64,000 bases of DNA from positions 736,001 through 800,000 of the forward strand of contig OY968769.1 of the NCBI GenBank assembly GCA_963695345.1, read 5' to 3'. The stretch comes from an uncultured Methanomassiliicoccales archaeon. GTDB taxonomy: Archaea > Thermoplasmatota > Thermoplasmata > Methanomassiliicoccales > UBA472. This document shows, piece by piece, positions 21,911 to 31,301 of this stretch (the first letter of the stretch is position 1; each line of letters starts with the position of its first letter). A program made the position numbers and the translations under genes. The notes beneath the pieces were generated by a model, which was not told the origin of the DNA, did not search any database, and saw only the letters and a program-made list of their open reading frames with translations.

Positions 21911-24569
21911 TCAAAGATCGACAAGCGCCTTCTGTATCGCCTCTTCCAGCTGTTTCATTGTGTACGGTTTCGGCAGAACGCCCTTGAAACCGTAGCTGAT
22001 GTAGTTCGCCGTTATCGGGTCGTTGGAATAGCCGCTGGAGACGATGGCGTTGATGTTGTCGTACTTTTCCTGGAGCCGCCTTATCGTCTCCCTGCCGCCG
22101 AGCCCGCCCGGTATGTTGAGGTCCATGATGACCACGTCGAACGGGTCGCCGGACGCCTCCGCCTTGGCGTAGAGGTCGATCGCCTCCCCTCCTTCCCTGG
22201 CCGCCACCACATAATGTCCCAACGCCTCCACCATCTTGGACAGGACGTCCAGGATGCCCTCGTCGTCGTCCATTATCAGCACTTTGGCCGGCCGGTCCGG
22301 ACCGTGCTTCGGCCTGGCCGCCGGGGCGTTGACGCATTCCGACCAGGCCAGCAGATAGACGTCGTAGTTCGAGCCCTTGGACGATGTGCCGATGACCATG
22401 AACCCGTCGTGCCTACGGATGATGGAGTTGGCGATGGCCAGGTCGAGACCCTGCTTCTCGTCGAACTCGGAACCGTGGGACCGGGGCTTGTCCCTCTCCG
22501 ACCTCGGCGATATCCAGGTTGGCGCCTCCAGCTTGACGACCACATATCTGGCGGGGGCGAGCGATGTCGCTTTCGCAATGGCAACTTCCTGATATGATAA
22601 TGTGATTTCGAGGACGATCCCGGAGGGTGCGCTGGCCAGCGCATTGGAAACCAGGTTCGAGAACGCCTGGCCGATCTGGACCTCGTCAGCGTTAACATAG
22701 TACTGCTCATTCTCGGACGAGACCCGGACCTCCACCCGGGACCCGTCTGAATATCTTACGCCAATATCCTCCAGCAGGTCCAGCACGGAAACGCAGCTCC
22801 TTACCGGTTCCCCGCCCCGGGCGAATGTCAGCAGCTGGTTCGACAGGTCCTTGGCCTTCATGGCCGCCTGCCTAACATCGTTGAGGCTGGCCTTCCTGCG
22901 TTCCTCGTCCAGCGGCATGTAGCTGAGCATCTCGACGTTGCCCAGAATCGTTGTCAGGACGTTGTTGAAGCTGTGAGCCATGCCCCCGGCGAGCTGCCCT
23001 ATCGAATCCAGGCGCTGCGCCTCGGAGACGGCCTTCTGCAATCGGACATCGTCAGTTATGTCCCGGAAGACGATCACATAACCGATCACCTGGCCGGCCC
23101 GGTCCCTGACTGAAGCGGAGTTGTAGGAGAGGTCGCGGCGGCCGCTAAGGTCGACCAGGATGCCTTTCCGTTCGGATGTGGAATCGTCATCACGGGAAAC
23201 CCAGTAGGATAAGACGGGCTTCTCCATGATCGGGTCAAGGATGGGAAGGACGTCGTTTATCTTCTGACCGGTTATCGTTCCCGTAAAGGAGCATTTATCC
23301 TCGGCGATCTGATTCGCCAGCCGGATGGTCCCATCTATCTCGGTGACGATGACGCCTTCCCCGATGCTGCAGATGGTGACGTCCAACCGTTCCTTTTCCT
23401 GGAACAGCCTCTCTTGCGCATCTTTGGTCCGTTTCACTTCTTCGGCAAGACGTTCCGTTACCTCGGTGAGGTCCTTGGTCCTCCCCCTGACCTTTCCCTC
23501 AAGGTCGTTGGCGTATGATCTTAGTGCCTCGATCATTCGGACCTTCTGGATAGAAAGAAGGGAAAGGTTGGCGAGCGAGTGGAACGGCCCCTTCCGGTCC
23601 TTTGTGAACCACTCTGGGTCGGGATGTCCGAAGATCATAGCCCCGATGATCTTTTCGTCCTCTATCAGGGGGACGACCACCCATGCCATGTCGCCATGCA
23701 CCAATGTCTGAGGTCCTGGTTCCATTTTGTCGATGAGCGTTTCGATCTCGATATCCGGCGGTGTCCCTTTTTGAGCGATCCTCACCATCTTGCCTGATGG
23801 GTCAAGATCGTAAACCAGAGCGGAAGATGCCCTGCAACCGGTCCACGGCGACCCCACATATGCTCTCCAGCGAATCTGCGGCCAGTTCGGAACCGATGAT
23901 CTTCCGGGAAACGTCGTAGAGGGCTTCCAGCTCCTCCGCCCTTCTGGCCAGCTGGATCGTGCTCTCCTTCTGTTCCGTCACGTCCGAGATCATCTCCAGG
24001 ACGTATCTTTCCGAGCCGGTCTCATCCGCTATCGGAGTGGAGACCCGTTGGACCCAGATCGGTTTGCCGTTCTTGCGGGAGAATCGGGCGACACCCTCGT
24101 GGAAAGCGGGGGTCGACCTCGGCTCGGGGATGATGTCCGTCGAGTGCACCACGAAATCCTTCAGGTTGGAACCGATGAGCTCGACCGAGCTGGTGCCGAG
24201 GATCTCGTTCGCCTTGAGGTTGGCGCGGATAATGAACCCGTTCTCATCGCTCTCGATGATGCCGTAGGGAGCACGCTCGATCATGACACGGATACGCCGC
24301 TCGCTCTTGCGGAACGAGGTTTGGGAGGACCTCAGGTTGTCAAAACCCTTCTTGACCAGGTAATAGAGAAGAAGTGATGTCAGAATGATGAAGGCCAGGC
24401 CCTTGACGACCGAGATGTTGTACCTCGTGGATGGGTCCTGGACCATGATCCAGACTAGGTTGTCCGATAGGAATATCCAGATGGCTGAAACGATGAAATA
24501 GACCAGCACTATCTCCAACGGCCGTTCGAACAATCTGCGTCTCGCCGGATCTGCGTTCTTCTTCTCCAT
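21911..24569 (-). CDS. Membrane-anchored hybrid sensor: 2 TM-PAS-GAF-PAS-HisKA-degenerate HATPase-REC
   Basis: ORFs 23802..24569 and 21911..23857 join through a one-base indel at ~23831. H-box GGMAHSFNN. C-terminal receiver VLIMDDD...DVVIMDLNIPG...VSSGY...PKPY. Confidence 0.85.
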
Positions 24570-24680
24570 TTCCCTTCTCCTGGTCTTTACCGATTGTTAC
24601 ACTATGGGAGGTCATGGCATAAAAAGACGATAGCAGAGTAATTGGAAGGGATAGTTGTAAGTGATTGATAAGGAATATTT

Positions 24681-25180
24681 TGCCGATGGAGATGGCGTTC
24701 GAGGCGCCGTAGGCATTTATTCCAAGTTTCTGATTAGAAAAGGATTGGCAGATGAGCTATCACCCGGCCAATTGTTCATGGATATCAGGTCAGTCAGTAG
24801 TGTCGTTGTGGACGACGATGGGGCCGTGTTCGAGCATCGGGGATGAGAGGCACATGGCAGACACCTGTCGGGCCGGCCCGATGAACAATGCTCCGGCGAG
24901 CGAGACCATCATCACCACTGCAAGCAGTGCGGGGATGATGCTTCCCTACTGTTACTGAAAGAACACTTAGTTACCTGTCGATCATTAGCAACCCCCTGAA
25001 CGTTAAAATTGGTGCTTGCGCATTAGAGGGGGGTAAGTCCGATTACCCTTTCTGATGATACCTATTATATCGTTTGACGATACCGACCATACAACCGTTA
25101 TTATCGAACTGGGATGTTTAGAATAACGAAAAATGGAAGGAGATGGTTCCATGAAAATTGCCGATATATTGTATTCACTA
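24681..25180 (-). pseudogene. Copy 2 of the direct repeat: decayed 5' fragment and upstream region of the giant surface gene
   Basis: Homologous to 16047..16550. On the minus strand it reads ATG ATC GAC AGG TAA (stop at codon 5), and homology ends at ~24681. Confidence 0.85.
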
Positions 25181-25477
25181 GGGATTATCCTGAATGGAGA
25201 TTTCTCTCAATTTGGGGTTGCTTCAAGATTATTCTGAATCATTTTAATAAATTGAAATACGTCTCTACCTGGATGGGTGGAAAATATCCCACAAACATTG
25301 TAATAAAAAAGAGGATACCTCGATACTGTATTTGATGAAATAATTTCTTCCATTGTCTTATGCACTCTTTCCTGATACCTATTATTGATTCGGCGCAGAG
25401 AATATCTCCCAACTGGATTTCAGATCACAATATTGATCTGCTAATATTACAGTTAGTCCTCAACTCGAGGGGAAGTT

Positions 25478-27103
25478 ATGAGTGTCGTAGAGGAAATTAG
25501 AAGTGAGGTTCGAACAATAGCATCAGATAGGAATCTGAATGACGATCGAGCTTTCGGTTATTGGTTCCTTGAGGGGTTTGAGGATTTTAGTCCAGAAGAG
25601 GCGGAGTCTTGCATTGTTGATGGTCCCTGGGATGGGGGAAGAGATGCAGTATTTTTCGATGAAGATGAGTCTATTTTGAAAATATACCAGTTTAAATTCT
25701 CCAATTCTATTGATTATGTAAAAAAAGCATTTGCCGATATTCAAAAGGCTCTAATAAATGAAAAAGACAACGCGTCTCGTGCAAAGCAGGTACAGTTGAT
25801 CGTAGTATCATTGGTTGATTCAAATCAGGATATTCTAAGAATCGAGAGATCAGCAAGAACTCGAGCGAGAAAATGGATCAAGAAGCAAAATCTTGCTACT
25901 GAAATCGATCTGAAACACTATGATTTGAATGAATTCAAAAAAATGCTAGATAGAATTCAAGGAGTGAACCTTTCTATCAGTTTTAAATCCAAACCAGTTA
26001 TCGACGGAAGAGATCTGATCGGACTAATTAATGCAAATGAGCTTAGAGAACACATAAATGATGATAATATTCTTGCTTTTAACATAAGAAAATTCCTTGG
26101 ACTCAGAAAGGGATCAGTAAATTATCAGATTAGGCAGACTCTCGAGAATGAAGATCTCAGACCAAAATTTTGGAATCTGAATAATGGAATCGTTACACTG
26201 TGCACAAATGGTAGAGAAGAGAGTTCATCAGAAAATAAATGGAAATTTGAAAACTTTACAATAGTAAATGGGGCTCAAACAATCAACACTATTTCAAGAT
26301 TCCTCGATGATTCACCAACATTAAGAGACGATCCAATTTGGGTAGTGGCCAAAGTCATTGTAGTCGACGATACTAATATTGAAGAAGCTCTCATATTAAC
26401 CAAAACATCTAACAGTCAAACAGCGACAAACGATAAGGATCTAAGAGCAGTAGATCCGACACATAAAACACTGAAGAGATGGTTTGATCAATACTATTCT
26501 TTCAAATACTTAACAAGAAGAGGAGAAAAAGTAAAAAGAGACACTCCATCGATAACAATGAAGGATTTGGCACAGTCATATGTTGCGTTCTCTATGGATA
26601 TGCCAAATGTTTCATTTTCACAACCAGGAAAGATATTCGAACATGCGAATTTTTATTCCGTTGTGTTCCCTGACTCTGTCATATCTATTCTCGACAAAAC
26701 AGGAGGAGAGGACAAGCAGAGAAATTTCATTCTCCAGAGATTAGTACCAACATTATTACTATGGAAGATACGCCCCTATGTTAAACAAAAAGCACAAGAT
26801 TCTAATGATCTTAAGTGGAAATCTGTTTCTTATCATATCTTGTGGTTATATGGATGTATGTTCAAAGAAATGAAGATTGAAGATTGGAAGAAGATACATT
26901 CTAATCTGGATTTTATCTTTGCTTCTACTATTGAATTATTCTATGAATATCTTCATAACATGACAGAATTCAACCCATCTATTGAAATTCCTAGAGATCT
27001 TAAAAACACCAAGATTATGGAAGAGATAAAAAGGAGCAAGATCTTTGAGAAACCTGGATTCAAATCGATAATTATAAAAATTGATTCAATAAATAAGGAA
27101 TGA
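25478..27103 (+). CDS. AIPR family protein (abortive infection phage resistance-associated)
   Basis: N-terminal DGPWDGGRDA...IYQFKF. Core NIRKFLG...VNYQIRQTL...FWNLNNGIV...IVNGAQT...SNSQT...DLRAVD. The gene is AT-rich relative to the rest of the window. Confidence 0.9.
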   Translation: MSVVEEIRSEVRTIASDRNLNDDRAFGYWFLEGFEDFSPEEAESCIVDGPWDGGRDAVFFDEDESILKIYQFKFSNSIDYVKKAFADIQKALINEKDNASRAKQVQLIVVSLVDSNQDILRIERSARTRARKWIKKQNLATEIDLKHYDLNEFKKMLDRIQGVNLSISFKSKPVIDGRDLIGLINANELREHINDDNILAFNIRKFLGLRKGSVNYQIRQTLENEDLRPKFWNLNNGIVTLCTNGREESSSENKWKFENFTIVNGAQTINTISRFLDDSPTLRDDPIWVVAKVIVVDDTNIEEALILTKTSNSQTATNDKDLRAVDPTHKTLKRWFDQYYSFKYLTRRGEKVKRDTPSITMKDLAQSYVAFSMDMPNVSFSQPGKIFEHANFYSVVFPDSVISILDKTGGEDKQRNFILQRLVPTLLLWKIRPYVKQKAQDSNDLKWKSVSYHILWLYGCMFKEMKIEDWKKIHSNLDFIFASTIELFYEYLHNMTEFNPSIEIPRDLKNTKIMEEIKRSKIFEKPGFKSIIIKIDSINKE

Positions 27104-27169
27104 TTTGTTCATAGCACTGGTCCAGGCATCGAATTGCTTCGGGGCTTACAGGATCTGTGAATCTAAACC

Positions 27170-27823
27170 TCACCAAATATGAGGGAAGAGCCTGTAATTG
27201 ACCTTCTTCAATACTCAGTATATCCTTCCAGTTCCTTGTTGAGCATCTTCTCCTCACCGATTATCCTCCCCATCAGGAGAACAGTGACCGCTAAACCGAC
27301 AAACACCCCAAATACCGAGCCGAGCAGCAACGGTGCACCGATCAGCATCAGGATCGCCCCTAGGTACATCAGGTGCCTGACGAAACGGTATACGTCGGTG
27401 GAAACAACCGTCTACTACTTTGCTCCTGGATCCGGACCAACGGTGACAGGAACGTATTTTCCGCGTATGACCAGAAGAAGAGATAGTACGATCCGACCAG
27501 CCAGGAGCGGAAAGACCGAAGACCATCCATACCGTCTGGCATCCAACGGCATATCAATTATCAAGGAGGTGAACCAGACGACAGTCCAACGACGACGCAC
27601 CTGTCCAGCCTTTCTCGTTACCCGTGCCGGGCTTCTTGTATCGTTCCTCCAGAAGCACCGGGTCCTTCCGATAAAAGTAATAGATCGCGGAATAGCAGAG
27701 CAGTATGAGCCAGATGCTGAACGCCCACCCCTCCGACCAGGCCAGGTCCCAGGAGAGTAGGATGATCAGTACCGGGAACAGCAGAATGGACAGCGATGAG
27801 CCGATGACCTTGGTGACCATCAC
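27170..27823 (-). pseudogene. Isoprenylcysteine carboxyl methyltransferase (ICMT/PEMT) family membrane protein, disrupted
   Basis: Pieces in different frames: KDPVLLEERYKKPG, PLDARRYGWS, YAENTFLSPLVRIQ, VVSTDVYRFVRHLMYLGAIL, GEEKMLNKELEGY and YRLFPHIW*. Several frameshifts and apparent deletions. Confidence 0.75.
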
Positions 27824-28088
27824 TCTACCGAAGCGGTAACGGCATTGGGTTGCTAGTCATTGTTGCCAGAACGTTCAGATTGCACAAGGATTACGACAAA
27901 ATTGACATACTATTGATCCCCGAGGGATCCTTCATCGGGTCGGAACTGCTTCCTCTTAGACGGCTCCAGTTCGAACCCCTGCGACTAGGAAATTACAGCC
28001 ATCCCCATTCGGTTAATCCTAACGAAATGATGAGATCTCTCGGGCTTTCTCCCCTCCTCCTCGGTTGGGTATCTCCGTAACGCTGAGA

Positions 28089-30826
28089 TCATACCGCCGG
28101 ACCAGGTGCCGGAGGGCCGTCGACCTCCAAGATGGGAGGTTCCGCCTTCTCGATGAAACGGAACTGCCCCGGAGGTATCAGCATCTCGAATCGCGCCCCC
28201 TCGCCCGGCTTCCCCGTCTCCTTGATGGTGATACTGGTTATGGACAGTACCTCTCGGGAAAGGAACAGGCCCAGACCCGTCCCATGGCCGCGGCCCTTCT
28301 CGAATATCCTTTCCTTCTCCCGAGCTGGCACCCCCGGTCCGTTGTCCTGATACGCCGCCCGGCTTCCCTGTCTCCCTGATCGTGATCCCGGTTATCGACA
28401 GGACCTCCCGGGAAAGGAACAGACCCAGACCCGTCCCATGGCCGCGGCCCTTCTCGAATATCCTCTCCTTCTCCCTGACGGGTACACCCGGCCCGTTGTC
28501 CTGGTACGAGATCGTCAGTCCCTGCTCGGCCACTTCGCAGTCGATGTTCACGCACACGAACTTGCCGGCGTACTTGACGCTGTCCTCCAGCAGGTTGTGG
28601 AACACCTTCTTCAGCATCGGGTCGGCGCTCACCTCCAGCGCCCTGGCCCGTCCCGGATATCTCCAGCGACTCCAGCCACTTGACGATGTCCAGCCCCTCC
28701 ACCGTTTGGGCCACGTTCTGCCAGCACGGGGCGGTCGTCCCCAGCCCCTGGTAGTCCCGGGCGAACTCGATGTGCGAGCCGATGATGGTCGCCGCCCGCT
28801 CTATCCGCCTCAGCCGGTCGGCGGGATCGGAGTTCGGCAGCTTGGCCCGCTCGACGTTGCCCATGATCACCGTGACCTGGTTCTGGATATCGTGGTGCGT
28901 TATGTCCCCCAGCAGCTCGAGCTTGTGCCGCACCTTGCGCATCTCCATCTCCGCCTCCTTGCGCTCGGTGATGTCCCTCAGCGTGATGATCGTGCCCTCG
29001 TACACCCCGTCGGTGAACACCGGGTTCGGCGAAACGGTGGCCCAGAACTTGGAGCCGTCGCTCCTGCGCAAGCGGTGGTCCATCTGTCCCCGACGACGTT
29101 TCACCGAGTTGGGGATCAGGGCGTCCTTCGAGCCTTCGCACAGCAGCGCGCTGGAATCCATCCCGATCATCTTCTCCATGGGGAGCGCCACGATCTCCGA
29201 CGCCCTTTCGTTGGCGAAGACAATCCGGTTGTCGGTGTCGATGGCGATTATTCCCTCGGACAGGCAGTCCAGGATGCGGTTCTGCTTGAGCTTGGTCTCC
29301 TTGATCATCCGGCGCGTGCTCTTGGCGTTGGAGATGTCCTGCACGATGCCGAACAGAAGGGTCCGTCCCTTGTAGTTGATCGGAGCCAGGAAGATCTCCA
29401 CGTCCCGGGTCTCCCCGTTCTCCAGCCGGTGCGGGGCGAAGAAGTAGTTGTTCTCGTTGTTCCGGGCCGACCGCAGCCGGTTCCAGTAGTCCTCGAACGG
29501 AAGGATGCTGATGTCCGACAGCTTCATCTTGGAGATGGCGAGTTCAGTATATCCGTAGAACTTGCAGGCCGCCTTGTTGGCGTGCACGATCTGGCCGGTC
29601 TCCGGCTCGATGAGGAGCATGTTGGCCGGGTTGTTGACGAACAGGCTGCGGCTGTTCTCCTTCTGCTGCATCAGGCGGGTCTCGAACTCCTTCTGCTCGG
29701 TGATGTCCTTGAAGCTGAAGAACCGCCCCAATATCTCGCTGCCGATGCGTTCCGGCGTGGAATAGACCTCGGCGAAGCGTCCGTCCTGGAACTCCAGGAG
29801 CAGATTGCTGTCCTCGGGGCGGGTCCAGCATTCCTCGACGTACTTCGCGAACCGGGCGGGGTCCTTCAGCTGGTTCTTGGCGTAGTCGATGACCCTCTTC
29901 CCGGAACCGGCCTCCATGATGGACGGAGGGATCCTCCACATATCCTGGAACCGCAGGTTGTGCTCCGATATGACCCCCTCGTTGGTTATCACCAAAATGC
30001 CTTCGTCGCTGGAGTCGAGCGTGGCGCGAAGTACCGCCGTGGAGTGCTGGAGCTTCATCTCCGCACTCTTCAGCGCGGTGACGTCGTTGCCGATGGCCAG
30101 CAACTCCGTCAGCCGTTCCTCGGCGTCACGTACTTCGCGCAGGGTCCAGGAGACCCATGCCTCCTTGCCTTCCGACCGGGCCGGGAAGGTGTAGCTGTCG
30201 CCGTGCCGGTCGGATGAGATGAATGCCTGGAACTGCTCGGCCAGGGGTAGTTCGGGATAGTCCCCGGGAATGATCAGGGTGCCGATGACCGGCCTTCCGA
30301 TGGTCTCCGGCCCGAGGCCGAAGAACTGTTTGCCGAAGGTGTTCAGGAAGATGATGTTGCCCACCGGGTCCAGTTTGAGTATGATGCTGTTGGCGCCCTC
30401 CACCAGGTCCCGGTACTTCCTCTCGCCCTGGGCCACCAGGCCTTCCGCCTTGCTCCTCTGCGCCAGCTGGATGATGGCGTTCTTCAGCTCCCGGAACTGG
30501 ACGTTCGGGTCGCCCCCCTTCTGCAGGTAGAAATCGGCCCCGTTGTTGAGCGCCTCGATGGCGACCTCCTCCCGCCCCCTGCCGGTGAACAGGATGAACG
30601 GGGTGCGGTCACCGATACCCCGTAACGCCTTGAGAAGTTCTATGCCGTTCATCTCCGGCATCTGGTAGTCGCACACGACCACGTCGTAGTGGTCGGTTGA
30701 GATGCTGTCAAGCGCCCGCCGAGGGTATCCCTCGATGTCCACCTGTATCTCGTCGTCCTCCTCGAGAAACAGCTTGGTTATCTCAAGCAGTCTCGGTTCA
30801 TCATCGACGTAGACGACACGGGGCAT
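28089..30826 (-). CDS. Archaeal-type REC-multi-PAS histidine kinase, with a frameshift at ~28652 and an out-of-frame internal duplication near the 3' end
   Basis: REC domain VVYVDDE...CDYQMP...FTGRGREEVAIEALNNGADFYLQKG, four PAS-like domains and H-box ITHHDIQNQ. The HATPase (VFHNLLEDS, YQDNGPG, GTGLGL) is in ORFs 27985..28632 and 28089..28331. Confidence 0.85.
28202..28508. repeat. Tandem imperfect duplication, 154 bp period, of HATPase coding sequence
   Basis: 28202-28354 and 28356-28508 both encode YQDNGPGVP(A/V)REKERIFEKGRGHGTGLGLFLSREVLSIT(S/G)ITI(K/R)ETGKPG. Confidence 0.9.
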
Positions 30827-30979
30827 TGCCAGGCAGCATCGGCTAAAGGGAACTAATAGATTGCCATGGGACAGGCCTGACGGTGTTCTGTTGATATCTG
30901 TGAGGACATCGCTTCCCAGGCCTATGGAGACCGATCCTTTGGCGAACGGATCGCCTCACCTCATCCATAAAAGAGATCC

Positions 30980-30996
30980 GGGGTCTTATCGACCCC
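30980..30996 (-). terminator. Putative terminator hairpin after the DUF1059 gene
   Basis: GGGGTC-n5-GACCCC stem followed on the minus strand by GGATCTCTTTT. Confidence 0.4.
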
Positions 30997-31012
30997 TTCG
31001 GCATGAAACGGA

Positions 31013-31183
31013 TCACGGCTTGATGGCGGCCTTGATCTTCACCATCATGTCCGGCGGGACTTCCTTCAGATCATGTGCCGTTGCGGCGTGAGTGGCGATC
31101 GCCTTCATCATTTCTTCATCGGTCTTGGTCTTGATCTCGAACGGGCATTGCATCCCGGTGTCTGCGCATTTGAACGACGGCAT
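31013..31183 (-). CDS. DUF1059 family small metal-binding protein, 56 aa (not in the ORF track)
   Basis: Translated by hand: MPSFKCADTGMQCPFEIKTKTDEEMMKAIATHAATAHDLKEVPPDMMVKIKAAIKP*. C-x6-C and H-x4-H pattern. Confidence 0.85.
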   Translation of the reverse strand: MPSFKCADTGMQCPFEIKTKTDEEMMKAIATHAATAHDLKEVPPDMMVKIKAAIKP

Positions 31184-31301
31184 CTTCCAACCTTCGGGAC
31201 CGACTTCGTAACGACGTTAATAAAAAGCTATCTAGTCGATCCGGCGGATTTCTGAGAGTCAAGGGTCATGGCCCTGGGGGCCAGGTGACGGAAGAAATGG
31301 A

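Noticed and set aside
28202-28508. Diverged repeat pairs (this one and 16047/24681) as DGR template and variable regions
   Set aside because: Differences are mainly synonymous or indels rather than adenine-specific, and no reverse transcriptase is in the window.
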